A stretch of DNA of 64,000 bases from Candidatus Algichlamydia australiensis (GCA_033977065.1 JAXCHI010000003.1:384001-448000), one strand, 5' to 3'; counted from the first letter of the stretch, positions 1-9,764 are shown. Notes: generated by a model from the letters alone, not told the origin. Program-made: numbers and translations.

Positions 1-2139
1 CTTATTTATAGTGTAGGAAGCATCCGCAGATTTAAAGGTATCACCAACTTTTAATCCCGTCATCTCTTTTGCAAGTTTTGACTGAAAAGAGAGAATGTTT
101 TCTTCAGGTTTTGCATCCCAGGGACCTAATAGAGTGAAAGTAGTTTTTTCACCCTTTTCATCGGAACATTCTACAACGCAGCCAACATTGACAGAAGAAG
201 TGTCCACGTCTGTTGCATTCATAATGCGCATGTTGCCGATTAGATCTGAGAGGCGTTTCAACTCAGACTGCAAGCGAGATCTCTGTTCAAGAGCCGACTT
301 GTATTCAGCATTTTCTCGCAAATCTCCATAGCCTCTTGCAATTTCAACCTGCTTAGCGTTTTCTACTGTTTCAACAGTAGCAATCTGGTGCATTCGCTCT
401 TTGACTTTGTTGAAGCCCTCTTCAGTCGTCCAGACAACGATCTCATCACTCTCTTTATCTTGGTAAGCACTGGAAAGGCTCCCAAGCGATGGATGGACCA
501 CCTCAGCAAGAGAGTGGAAAATTTTCTTTGCATGATCTGTCAGAGTGTGACACTTAGTTGCAAGAAGAAGAAATTCATGAACCATCTCCTTGCTCGCTCC
601 TTGGAAAATGGCGCGGACGTTAGCAAAACGACCCGAGATCATGAAGTTCTGCATCTTCTTTAAAAGATCGCGCTGTCCCTTCTCTTTTTCTAGCTGATAG
701 TAGAGGGCGAGGAATGCCTCAAATACGCGACATTTTCCCTCTTTATCAGCAAAGGGGAGAGACTCATCGGTCATCACTTTCTGCATGTACCAGAAGGTTG
801 CTTGAGGATGGCGAAGAGGATCTAGAAAGAGTTTTTCTAATTCGGTCTTCAGCTCACTGCTCTTCTTTTCTTTTATCAACACTTGCAACATATAGTCGCG
901 CAGAGGGTTTTGTTGAAGAGCAAAAATCAGTTCTAAGAAGAGGGGACTCCAGTCGGGGCGGAGCTTATGTACAAGAACAAGAGCACGTTTTTTGTAAGCA
1001 ATGATCTCAATTTTTCCAATTACAGCCTTGAGATTGGAGAAGCGTTTAATGAGCTCCTCCTGTGCTTTTCCTGCTTTTGCTGGAGCAAGCTCTTCAAGTA
1101 AAAAATAGAGCTGCAGTTCCTGACTATCATTGAGCTCTTCATTTTTAATCGTCTCTAAAATCTTTTCACTAAGTGAGTCTTTGAATTCGGCTTTTTTCAG
1201 AGCACTTGAGAAGTCGCGAAGGAAAGTGTAGACCATCTGGATGAAGGTGTTTGTGTCCTCACACTTATCCAAAGATTTGTTTAAGCGCTCTTCGGGGGAG
1301 AGCTCATTTTCACGAAGAAAGAAGGGGGTGCGCAGGTCGTCTGGTGTTTCGATTAGTGAATCTTTTTTCAGTTTGTTGCGGGCAGTTTGCCACCACCTGG
1401 ACCACTCCTTTTCAGGAATGACAAGATCGGCCAATTCATCTTTGATTTCAGCAGCAGTTTTAGGACCAAGGTCTGAAAGAAGACGGCGAATAACCGCAAC
1501 AGGATCGCGTTTTGCCCACTCTTCTAATTTATCGGGATCACCGAACCGCATTGCTAAAAAGTGCTCTTTTGGAATCGGAATCAATGCTTTAAAGGCATTT
1601 TTAAATGAGAAATCTTTGATGCCTGATACGTAATCAAATTCAATAGAGATTTGTTCGCGCAGGCTAGAGACATCCATAATTTCGCCAACGCCCCAGCCAC
1701 CGGTATGGAAAACAAAATTGCCCTTTTTCAAGTGGACAAGAAGTTCAAAGTTGCGAATTGCACCGCGAAATTCTTTTTGTTCACGCAATCCGACCATTTT
1801 TAGTTTTTGTGCAAAGTCGGGCTCTTCACCAAAGCGCGCTTTTAAATAGGCAATTGCACGAGTCGCAAGCTCAGAAGTGTTTGTAGTTTGGAGGTCGTAA
1901 ACAAGGGCGAGAGTTTCGCGTGAAAGAGAGGAGTTTTCGATCTTTTCCCAGAGGGGGAGGATATGTTCTACATAGAGGCCAAATGAGGAGGTGAGTTTTG
2001 CCTCTTTGGCGGCAAGTAAAATTTCTTTTAACTCTTCGCCGTCGATTTCGTCTGACTCGCAGTACTCTTCCCACAAACTCAAAAATGATGGATAATCATT
2101 ATTTGAAAGATGTTTCTTAAACTGCTTATAGTAGTCCAT
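1..2139 (-). CDS. greA: Transcription elongation factor GreA, long chlamydial fusion form; 3' end runs off the window
   Basis: Not in the ORF track because the stop is outside the window. Both ends were translated by hand and are in the same frame: N-term MDYYKQFKKHLSNNDYPSFLSLWEEYC (ATG at 2139); C-term ARGYGDLRENAEYKSA...LLGPWDA...ILSFQSKLA, carrying the GreA GDLxENxEY motif. At least 713 codons. Confidence 0.92.
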   Translation of the reverse strand, partial: MDYYKQFKKHLSNNDYPSFLSLWEEYCESDEIDGEELKEILLAAKEAKLTSSFGLYVEHILPLWEKIENSSLSRETLALVYDLQTTNTSELATRAIAYLKARFGEEPDFAQKLKMVGLREQKEFRGAIRNFELLVHLKKGNFVFHTGGWGVGEIMDVSSLREQISIEFDYVSGIKDFSFKNAFKALIPIPKEHFLAMRFGDPDKLEEWAKRDPVAVIRRLLSDLGPKTAAEIKDELADLVIPEKEWSRWWQTARNKLKKDSLIETPDDLRTPFFLRENELSPEERLNKSLDKCEDTNTFIQMVYTFLRDFSSALKKAEFKDSLSEKILETIKNEELNDSQELQLYFLLEELAPAKAGKAQEELIKRFSNLKAVIGKIEIIAYKKRALVLVHKLRPDWSPLFLELIFALQQNPLRDYMLQVLIKEKKSSELKTELEKLFLDPLRHPQATFWYMQKVMTDESLPFADKEGKCRVFEAFLALYYQLEKEKGQRDLLKKMQNFMISGRFANVRAIFQGASKEMVHEFLLLATKCHTLTDHAKKIFHSLAEVVHPSLGSLSSAYQDKESDEIVVWTTEEGFNKVKERMHQIATVETVENAKQVEIARGYGDLRENAEYKSALEQRSRLQSELKRLSDLIGNMRIMNATDVDTSSVNVGCVVECSDEKGEKTTFTLLGPWDAKPEENILSFQSKLAKEMTGLKVGDTFKSADASYTINK

Positions 2140-2238
2140 GTACCCTCAATTTAACAATTATTAATATTGTACTAAATCTCTCTTTAAATATCAAGAACGG
2201 TCTGGAAGTAAAAAAAAAGATAAGAGATAGTTTTGAGT

Positions 2239-3537
2239 ATGCACATCAAAATACGAAAAGGTCTTACTATCCCTCTTCCGGGACCAGCAAATCGATTTAT
2301 AGAAAAGCTGACGCAGCCAAAGCGCGCTGCACTTGAGCTTAGCTCTTTTAAAGATGTGCGCTTTGCCCTCAAAGTTCAAGAGGGCGATCTTGTGCAAATT
2401 GGTACACCACTTGTAGTAGATAAAGATTTGCCCGAGCGCAATTTTGTTTCGCCTGTTTCAGGAAAAGTAGTGGAGATCAAGCGAGGGGAGAAGAGACGTC
2501 TACTCGCTATTGGAATCGAATTGGATTCAGAGCAACAAAGTGCTTCGCTGCCTAAAATCACAAATGGTGATCGTGATGCAATCATTAAATCTTTTTTACA
2601 GGCGGGTCTTTTTGCTCACATTCGCCAGCGCCCCTGCAATATACTGGCTCATCCCAAGCGTCTTCCCAAAAGCATCTTTGTACAAGCGCTCGCTTCTGCT
2701 CCGTATGAGCCTTCACCGCTACTTGAAATGGAGGAATATAGGCAAGCTTTTGCCAAGGGCTTAGAGCTATTAGAAAAGATTGCACCTGTTCATGTTGTAT
2801 CGAGAGAAAAGCTGGATTTGCAACATGGAACAAACCATACAGCTGAGGGGCCGCATCCGATTGCCAACCCTTCAGTTCATATCTACCACATTGATCCTAT
2901 CACAAATCGTGAGCAAACTGTCTGGACTGTGCAGGTACATGACGTAATCGTAATGGGAATTTTGGCTTTAGAAGGTCGCTACCACAACACGCGCCTGATT
3001 AGTCTTGCTGGCGAGCCGGTTCCTGAAGAAAAGCGCGGCTTTTATCGCGTCACCTGTGGCACGCAAATCCAAGAAATTTTTCAAAACAGGGAGTGCCGCA
3101 TCATCTCAGGAAATCCTTTGACAGGCAGAGGTGTGCAGCCCGATGATTATCTTGGATTTTTTGATAGCACTATCTGTGCGATACAAGAGAGTCATAAACG
3201 CAGGCTGCTCCACTTTTTACGAGCAAAAACAAAAAGCTATTCTGCTCTTAAAGCCTACCTCACCTCAAAGCAAGCGCAATTTTCCACACTCCAGCATGGC
3301 GAAGAACGCGCTTTTGTCGATGGCGGGATCTATCAAAAAATCATGCCGATGGAAATTTCGGTCATGCACCTGATCAAAGCGTTACTTGCGGAAAACTTGG
3401 AGCTTGCAGATGAATTGGGATTGCTTGAGGTTGCGGCAGAGGATTTTGCTTTGTCTGAGTTTATCTGTCCAAGCAAAGTGCCTATGTGTGCCATCGCAGA
3501 AAAAGGCCTGCTCGCCTACGCCAAACAATATTTCTAG
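2239..3537 (+). CDS. nqrA: Na(+)-translocating NADH:quinone reductase subunit A
   Basis: N-term MHIKIRKGLTIPLPG, SPVSGKVVEIKRGEKR, GPHP, and C-term LEVAAEDFALSEFICPSK typical of NqrA. Confidence 0.92.
   Translation: MHIKIRKGLTIPLPGPANRFIEKLTQPKRAALELSSFKDVRFALKVQEGDLVQIGTPLVVDKDLPERNFVSPVSGKVVEIKRGEKRRLLAIGIELDSEQQSASLPKITNGDRDAIIKSFLQAGLFAHIRQRPCNILAHPKRLPKSIFVQALASAPYEPSPLLEMEEYRQAFAKGLELLEKIAPVHVVSREKLDLQHGTNHTAEGPHPIANPSVHIYHIDPITNREQTVWTVQVHDVIVMGILALEGRYHNTRLISLAGEPVPEEKRGFYRVTCGTQIQEIFQNRECRIISGNPLTGRGVQPDDYLGFFDSTICAIQESHKRRLLHFLRAKTKSYSALKAYLTSKQAQFSTLQHGEERAFVDGGIYQKIMPMEISVMHLIKALLAENLELADELGLLEVAAEDFALSEFICPSKVPMCAIAEKGLLAYAKQYF
3406..3537 (+). repeat. nqrA 3' end, copy 1 of a 132-bp diverged direct repeat
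   Basis: Aligns without gaps to 4171-4302; 22 mismatches counted by hand. Confidence 0.9.
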
Positions 3538-3601
3538 TGCTGCTGTTACAGCAAAATGGTTTGGCCATAGCAGTTTGGTGATACTATCTTGCTCTAGTTC
3601 T

Positions 3602-4015
3602 CTAGATTTTTAGCGAAAGAAAAATACAGCTAGAGTTATCGACGTAGCCCTCTCGAACAAAATCGATCTTATAGCCTAATTTTTTATAAAATTCTATAGC
3701 TTGGAAACTCATTGTGGTCACAGTCGCAATTCTGCAAGAGTTCTTTTTTCCATACTTATGAATTGCTTCCATTAATTTTTTCCCTAATCCTTTTCTCCTA
3801 TGAGCCGGAGCTACCCAGAGCTGATCTGTATAAATAGAACCAAAAATAATTGAGCCATTACATCCAGCAATGATTTCTTCACTTTTTCTTAAATACATCG
3901 CAAATGGGTACGCATTTCCTTTATTCACAACCTCTTCGTTAATTTTTTTTGTGAGAAAGTTCACATCTTCAGCATTGGGATGCGTTGTGATTTCAAGATT
4001 CCAGTTTTTTTGCAT
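3602..4015 (-). CDS. GNAT family N-acetyltransferase
   Basis: LWVAPAHRRKGLGKKL acetyl-CoA binding motif A, plus AIEFYKKLGY. Confidence 0.88.
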   Translation of the reverse strand: MQKNWNLEITTHPNAEDVNFLTKKINEEVVNKGNAYPFAMYLRKSEEIIAGCNGSIIFGSIYTDQLWVAPAHRRKGLGKKLMEAIHKYGKKNSCRIATVTTMSFQAIEFYKKLGYKIDFVREGYVDNSSCIFLSLKI

Positions 4016-4170
4016 TTGGGCCCCTTCCTTTAGCTTAAAAACTTAAATTTCTACCCTCTTCCTCCTCTGGAGAGAAATTGGGTAGCAATTTAAGTTTAAA
4101 AGTGGAGTGATTTTTAAATGTTATTGTTTGCCTTGATAAGGAATTTATGCAAGAGATGCTTGCCAAATTC

Positions 4171-4302
4171 GCAGACGAACTGGAGTTACCAGAGGTTGCA
4201 GCAGAGGATTTTGCTTTGTCCGAGTTTATCTGCCCGAACAAAGTGCCTGTGTGTACTATCGCAGAAAAAGGCTTGCTTACCTACGCCAAACAGTACTTTT
4301 AA
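4171..4302 (+). pseudogene. Duplicated 3' fragment of nqrA (last 43 codons plus stop)
   Basis: Reads ADELELPEVAAEDFALSEFICPNKVPVCTIAEKGLLTYAKQYF*, versus NqrA ADELGLLEVAAEDFALSEFICPSKVPMCAIAEKGLLAYAKQYF*. Confidence 0.88.
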
Positions 4303-4890
4303 TGACCTTACCAAGCGTTGAGGGGCAGATGAGTCTTTCCAATGTTTGATATGAGGAAAACGCTCTTTACCTTCGTTTTTGTCTGGAAACATGAAATACC
4401 AAGGCGCCCGGTTATAAGGGATGGGGAGCTAAAACATTGAGGCGCCTAGCAAGGGATTTAAAAGTCGAGTTTTCTAACATGACAGAGTTCTCCTTACGAA
4501 ATCTACACTATATGAAACAATTTTTTGAGGGGTATCCTGATACAAATTGTGCAGCAGCAGCTGCACAATTGCCATGGGGTCACAACATGCTCCTGCTCAA
4601 CAAGATAAAAGAAAAAGACAAACGATTGTGGTATATAGAACAAGCAAAAAAAGGAGGCTGGAGTCGCAGCACTTTAGACTCATGGATCGAGTCTGATCTT
4701 TATGAAAGAAAGGGAAAGGCACTTACAAATTTTAAAGATACGCTTCCAGCGATTCAGTCTGACCTGGCAGAGCAGCTACTAAAAGATCCTTACAACTTAG
4801 ATAGCGTCGTCAAAAGCATACAACCATCTTATTTTTCATGTTTGGGCTCCATTTTTGTGCTCAAATGAAGCGGAATTTACAAATTCAGCT

Positions 4891-5998
4891 GGCCTTGTTG
4901 CGTAAATAGCAATTGAAGAAAGTCGTGTCCCGTTTCTTTTTTTCTTTCTCTTACTCAGATTGTTATCCATTCGCCTTTCGGCATCCCTAGACTGCTTATT
5001 TTATTCATCGCTACACTCTTCGCGTATGCTTCTGCTCTTTGATTTTTTAGCTTGCGGGTTTTCAGTTTGTCACCAAATATCGTTTTGAATCGATACATCG
5101 CTGTTTCTGCCATTGATCGCCTATGATATCCTATTAATTTCTTCCAAATTTTTCTTCCTTCTTCGTCTCCTCCTAGTCCTTTAATTGCCTCTAACGCTTC
5201 ATTTCTATCTCTCATCCACGGCTCTTTTTCTAATTCGTGCCTCACTCCATTTTTCTGCGGCGGGATTATCGGTTTGCTTTTTTAATTCCCTATAGCTCTC
5301 TTTTGTATCGTAGGCTCCATCTCCATAGACTCTTTTTACTTTTTTAGGCAGCTTTTTCATGATTTTTCTTCCAGCTTGGCTGTCTCCTTCACTATTCTTT
5401 CCTAGTTTGCTTAAAACTATTTCGTGGCTATCAGGACATGTCGCTAAATGCAGTTTGCGCCAGGTTCTTCTCTTTTTCTTACCGTGTTTACGTGCATTCC
5501 ATTCGCCTTCTCCGTATACTTTTAATCCTGTTGAATCAATGACGATATCTGCCGGCTGCTTTTTGCTTATTTTTGCTACTTCTTTTCCGAGTTTCCCTGC
5601 CCTCCTACATATACGGGTGTAACACGGCACTGGTAGCTCCACTCCTAATAGAATCATTAGAGTTTCCAAAAAACCTGCTAATCCCCTATAGGGCAGGTGG
5701 TAAACTGACTTGATAATCAAGGCGCAAAGAATGGCATCATCAGAATATATTTCGGGTCTTCCTCTTTTAGATTTTCCGTCTGAGAGCCATTTCTCAATAG
5801 CATCTGGCGACAACCAAAAAGTGATGCTTCCTCTTTTTTTCAGGGATTTGTTATATTCAGACCAGTTGCGGATGATGTACTTTTTATTTGTCTCTTTCAT
5901 GTAACCTCTAAATCTTCGTAGTGATTAACAAAAATTTAAAGTCTTACTGAAATTTTGACAAGAAAGTCTTTATCCGCAGCTATTTACGCAACAAGGCC
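4891..5998 (-). mobile_element. IS5-family (IS903-like) insertion sequence, 1108 bp
   Basis: Perfect 20-bp terminal IRs GGCCTTGTTGCGTAAATAGC; 9-bp target duplication AATTCAGCT at 4882-4890 and 5999-6007. Confidence 0.93.
4955..5900 (-). pseudogene. IS903-like DDE transposase, frameshifted near 5270
   Basis: NWSEYNKSLKKRGSITFW, IDSTGLKVYGEGEW and GDGAYD in ORF 5205-5900; PIIPPQKN...YHRRSMAETAMYRFKTIFG continues in another frame (ORF 4955-5245). Confidence 0.88.
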
Positions 5999-6370
5999 AA
6001 TTCAGCTTCAATTTCCGCACAAAAATAAGCTGCAAACATGAAAAATAATCTGATTATAGCCTTTTGACGACACTATCTAGATTTTATTTCATTATCTACA
6101 GCTTACAAGGAGAAAGAGCTTGAACAGGGGTTAGTCGATCATATCCAGAGATTTTTAGTTGAACTTGGTGAGGGTTTTGCTTTTATGGGAAGGCAATTTC
6201 AAATCAATGTTCAAGGAGAAGAGCACTTTTTAGATCTTCTTTTTTATCACGTGAAGTTGCGCTGCTATGTGGTAATTGAACTTAAGACAACAGCTTTTGA
6301 CCCTCGTGATGCGGGACAAATCAACTTTTACCTATCTGCTGTGGATGATCTTATGAGGCATCCTGACGAT

Positions 6371-6530
6371 GAACCTATCCAACTAAAGCTGCTTTTGAAA
6401 TTTTTTCTCAGTTTCGAGAAGGATTTTGGGATCTTTTTGAAAACAACTTAATTAAGTTGTTTGAAAAAATAGCTCAAAATCCAGCCAAAAATGTGGAAAA
6501 AGGCAAAAGCAGCTTTAGTTGGATAGGTTC
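6371..6530. mobile_element. Palindromic MITE-like element family B (160 bp)
   Basis: 27-bp terminal IR GAACCTATCCAACTAAAGCTGCTTTTG, central palindrome AAACAACTTAATTAAGTTGTTT, flanked by a duplicated AT; removal restores the YhcG frame. Confidence 0.88.
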
Positions 6531-6674
6531 ATAAGCCTACTATCGGAATTTTGCTCTGCAAAACAAAAAATAAAGTGAAAGTTGAATATGCTCTTCGCAA
6601 TTCTAAGAGTCCGATAGGGGTGGCAAGTTATGAAACCAAAATTCTAAAGAATTTGCCTAAAAACCTTAAGTCTA

Positions 6675-7077
6675 GTACTCTGTAACAGAAAATCTTAGTG
6701 TTTAATTTAAAAAAACAGCCAATAGAGACAGTCGGGCAAATCTCCGCTGCCCTTTGAGCTTCATCTTGGCATGCCAAATTGCGTTTCGTCGGAAAACCGT
6801 GCAAAGCACTACTTCTTCCTCCTGCACCGCAATTTTTCAAAGCCAATCTGAAGCCATCGAGCGCATCGCGCGTTCATTCCCCACCCTCCACTTTGTTTCG
6901 GGAGGGGCCCCTTTCACGTCGCTTGCGCGGCTGTTTTTTTTGTTTTGCAGAAAACTTTGCAAGGTCTAGACAGCTTTTTCAATCACATACAATCGCTTTA
7001 CTTTTCACGTTTGGGATCCATTTTTATGCGAAGGCTTTGACGTAAAAATAATACTAAAATTTTCTGTTACAGAGTAC
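6675..7077. mobile_element. Non-autonomous element family C (403 bp)
   Basis: Terminal IR GTACTCTGTAACAGAAAAT, TA duplication at a CTAG site, internal IR AAAAAAACAGCC/GGCTGTTTTTTT; removal restores the YhcG frame. Confidence 0.87.
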
Positions 7078-7207
7078 TAGTCTTCCAACAGTCGAAGAAA
7101 TTGAAGAAGAGCTTTTGGGAATCAAAAATATGTAAAATGATTTCACCAATAATTGAGGGAGAATCTTTTTTTATTGCAGGTAGCTTGCACCCTCCCTCTA
7201 TGCTGTT

Positions 7208-7471
7208 TTAACTTTTTTGCCTACGTTCGAAATACTGATCTATCTTAGATAGAAGCCCTGTTTTAAATGAATCAGCCTCGGCAATATAAGCGTCATACTC
7301 GGACGCATTATTAGGCATATTTTTTTTTAATTCTTCGAATGTATTTTTGCAAGATTGAAATAAACCCTCGATCGTGTTGATCTTTTTTTCTTTATCGGTT
7401 GTGTTATTGAGGACCTCTTGCAGCATACTGTCTAAATAAGCTCCCAAGGTCACAGATTCGGTGGGGTACAT
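7208..7471 (-). CDS. Small hypothetical protein (87 aa, probably helical)
   Basis: ATG at 7471 is preceded by a strong SD (AAAGGAGG) and overlaps the 3' end of the upstream DUF4135-like gene. Confidence 0.6.
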   Translation of the reverse strand: MYPTESVTLGAYLDSMLQEVLNNTTDKEKKINTIEGLFQSCKNTFEELKKNMPNNASEYDAYIAEADSFKTGLLSKIDQYFERRQKS

Positions 7472-8637
7472 TTTGCCTCCTTTAGGTTTAGCCTTACTTT
7501 TGTCGAAGGTAATTCTATCCAATTTTCAGTTAAATGTATATGAAAAATTGGCACTTCAACCCTATGTTCTTCATTGGTGGATGAATTTTTTGAAATTGCC
7601 AACTCTTGGTTAATGCAAGATACAGCCCCCTCTTCCTCAAATAAATCATCGATTTTTTTGACTATATTGTTTTGTTGTGCGACATCATCTTTGTCTAAGA
7701 CGATTAAACCTTTGTTGTACAGGTACTTAGCAAAAAATAAAGTGTGATAATCGTAAATATTATCTGGCATTTCGAAACTCAAACTACCTATATTGAATTT
7801 TTTTGAAAAAAAAGCAAAATTAGACCAATCTTCGTCAGAAATCAACACCATTTCTTTGTAAGTACCGGTCCCACAAAAAACAAGTCTAGCTGGAACTGAC
7901 TGCAACTTTTCTATTAATTTTTTCAGGTTTTTTTGAAAAAAATCCTTCTTAGATTCATCGATTTTAGCTTGCGCTGTCTCCTTAAAAGTAACTATATTGC
8001 GGGAAGATCCTGTGCAAAAAACTTCAGCATCTATAAAGTGCAAGCACCCTTCATTGTCAATTATTAAATTTTCATTATGTATATCTTCAAACGGAGCTCC
8101 TGCCAAAGTTGCAATTAAGTTAATGTTTTCCTGCTTAGCTTCGGGACTAATTAATAGCGAAGATAGTTCTAATTCTAAGCGTCTGTTATCTTCGCAGATA
8201 AATGATCCCTCAATAAAACTGTCGTAGCCATGATCACCGCTATCTAAGATAGGACGCGCTTTTTTCTCATTTATTTCCTGTAGAAATTCTTCCAGATATA
8301 TTTCAGGTAGTACGCTCCGCGGTTTGTACACAACTTTGGTAGACTTATTGCTTGGGTCAAAAAAAGTAATAAATAGAGCAATTTTACCGTTGTAATGACA
8401 TTCGTCTCCAGCAATTGAAACCTCAATTCTATCAATAGGTTCGAGACTTTTGCTTGATAAGAATGACGCTTTAATTTCCTCATAATCTTTTTTAAGATTC
8501 TGTTGAACCTCCTGAAAAAAAGCTTCGGATAGGTTTTCGGGTATCGACGCTCTTTCTACAGCCTCATGGAAATGGGCAACAGAAGTTTGATTAGCAGAGA
8601 AAGGAGCACTGCTTTCGGGTCTGATTGGCTCTGACAT
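7450..8637 (-). CDS. Stand-alone LanM N-terminal (DUF4135) kinase-like protein; candidate secreted effector
   Basis: GDxxH..GK, KVVYKPRS, DIHNENLI and IDAE motifs; S/P-rich N-terminus; no LanC cyclase domain. Confidence 0.7.
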   Translation of the reverse strand: MSEPIRPESSAPFSANQTSVAHFHEAVERASIPENLSEAFFQEVQQNLKKDYEEIKASFLSSKSLEPIDRIEVSIAGDECHYNGKIALFITFFDPSNKSTKVVYKPRSVLPEIYLEEFLQEINEKKARPILDSGDHGYDSFIEGSFICEDNRRLELELSSLLISPEAKQENINLIATLAGAPFEDIHNENLIIDNEGCLHFIDAEVFCTGSSRNIVTFKETAQAKIDESKKDFFQKNLKKLIEKLQSVPARLVFCGTGTYKEMVLISDEDWSNFAFFSKKFNIGSLSFEMPDNIYDYHTLFFAKYLYNKGLIVLDKDDVAQQNNIVKKIDDLFEEEGAVSCINQELAISKNSSTNEEHRVEVPIFHIHLTENWIELPSTKVRLNLKEAKCTPPNL

Positions 8638-8689
8638 AAACAAACAAAAATTATTTTAATTATTAAATTAATTTTTGTTTGTTTGTCAA
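8638..8689 (-). promoter_or_regulatory. 16-bp perfect inverted repeat overlapping a TTGACA promoter, directly upstream of the DUF4135-like gene
   Basis: AAACAAACAAAAATTA (8638-8653) / TAATTTTTGTTTGTTT (8669-8684); TTGACA on the minus strand at 8684-8689. Confidence 0.5.
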
Positions 8690-8698
8690 TTTTTTAAG

Positions 8699-9742
8699 TT
8701 ATTCCAGTAGAAATTGAAAGAAGGTGTCTTTTGAAGAGAGTCCTTTGCGGATATTGAGTTTGCTTCCGGTTTTTTTGCCAGCGCGGCTGCCCTCTTTGTG
8801 GTTCACTACGCGCGACCGTGTGGTGCGCAGATGGGGGTAGGCAAGAGGGAGCGCTTTTTGCAGAGCATAATCAATTTTATAAAGGGCGCGCGAATGTTCT
8901 GCTTGTGTCTGTTTGATTTTTTGACAGTAGCCGTCGGCAATTCCGCGGAAGAAAGAGTTTTTTGCAGCGAGGCCATGTAGGTGGGTCTGCTCTTTGTAGA
9001 GCTGTTCAAATTCGTGATAGAGAAAGTGCGCGACGTATTCGGCAATTTCAACGGAGAGGTGCGGACCAAAAATTTCTAAGGTGGTGCTGTTAAAGATCGG
9101 ATGGACGCCAAAGGTACGTAGGATTTGTGCGATCGATTGGATTTTGCTCGAGGCTCTTTTGAAGGTGAAGATGCGGCGCATCACCATGTCGGTTTCCTCA
9201 TTTAGATGGGTAATTTGATGTTTGAGAAGCAGTTCTTGTGCTTTGAGGGTGGCGTTTTGCGCTTCATGGGGATTGTTGCTGGAGGAGAGGGCGAGGAGTT
9301 TTTTGATTTTTTGGACAATGCGCTCTTCGGTTTTTTCTTGGAGAAGGGGGGCGGTGGCGCGTTTAATTTCGGGAGGAAAACCATACTCATCGCAGATGGC
9401 GCGAAAGGCTTTGCTGTGGGTAAGATCATTAAAGCGGAGGTAGGCGATCATGTGTGCGAGCTCGTGGCGCAGGATGTCGGCAGGATTTGTTGCCGCTTTG
9501 TGGATACCAATTTCAAAATGCTTAGGATCAAAATAGCCGAGTCGTCTCTCATCTTCAAAAATAAGGATGCGCAGGCGGTAGCGATAGTGATTCCATGTGA
9601 GAGTGAGTCCGCGAATAGAGAGGCGCATCTCCTCTTTCATAATTTGAATGGCAAGGTGCTCAAGTTCGCGAATTTTCTTTTCGGGAAAAAGGTAGGTAGT
9701 GATGAGTTGACTCCAGGTTTCTACATAGTTACAATGGAGCAT
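8699..9742 (-). CDS. SprT-like (HExxH) plus DUF2786 domain protein
   Basis: LRHELAHM zincin motif, then H...F..IC; KIKKLLALSSSNNPHEAQNATLKAQELLLKH matches the DUF2786 pattern. Confidence 0.8.
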   Translation of the reverse strand: MLHCNYVETWSQLITTYLFPEKKIRELEHLAIQIMKEEMRLSIRGLTLTWNHYRYRLRILIFEDERRLGYFDPKHFEIGIHKAATNPADILRHELAHMIAYLRFNDLTHSKAFRAICDEYGFPPEIKRATAPLLQEKTEERIVQKIKKLLALSSSNNPHEAQNATLKAQELLLKHQITHLNEETDMVMRRIFTFKRASSKIQSIAQILRTFGVHPIFNSTTLEIFGPHLSVEIAEYVAHFLYHEFEQLYKEQTHLHGLAAKNSFFRGIADGYCQKIKQTQAEHSRALYKIDYALQKALPLAYPHLRTTRSRVVNHKEGSRAGKKTGSKLNIRKGLSSKDTFFQFLLE

Positions 9743-9764
9743 TATCTAACAAATGTGGTTTTTT

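Larger units (their letters stand above)
4800..6077. mobile_element. Palindromic MITE-like element family A, copy 1 (161 bp net), interrupted by an IS
   Basis: Ends GATAGCGTCGTCAAAAG / CTTTTGACGACACTATC, flanked by a duplicated TA. Reverse-orientation copy of 44413-44573 and 49808-49968. Confidence 0.9.
4416..7135 (+). pseudogene. YhcG/DUF1016 PD-(D/E)XK nuclease-family gene, 5'-truncated and split by three palindromic elements and an IS
   Basis: Segments 4416-4799 (GWGAK...LPWGHN...KDPYNL), 6080-6370 (DFIS...ELGEGFAFMGRQ...DLLFYHVKLRCYVVIELK...HPDD), 6533-6674 (KPTIGILLCK...VEYALR...PIGVASY) and 7080-7135 (SLPTVEEIEEEL...*) join in frame once the inserts are removed. Confidence 0.9.

Noticed and set aside
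95..2074. Several short ORFs in the ORF track
   Set aside because: They are shadows of the long minus-strand greA frame, which the track missed because its stop is outside the window
5265..5290. A_AAA_AAG slippery heptamer at the transposase frame break, suggesting programmed -1 frameshifting
   Set aside because: A -1 slip reads AAA GCA AAC CGA TAA and stops at once. The downstream domain is in the +1 frame, so a small inactivating indel is more likely.
6628..7045. ORFs of 71-88 aa inside element C as a possible transposase
   Set aside because: No DDE, HUH or recombinase motifs; treated as non-coding
6371..7079. Elements B and C add multiples of 3 nt (162 and 405), so they might be translated in frame like coding palindromic elements
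   Set aside because: Both contain in-frame stops (TAA at 6449-6451; AGT ACT CTG TAA at the start of C)
7450..8637. Lanthipeptide biosynthetic cluster
   Set aside because: No LanC cyclase domain, no LanA-like precursor with a Cys/Ser/Thr-rich core, and no LanT nearby
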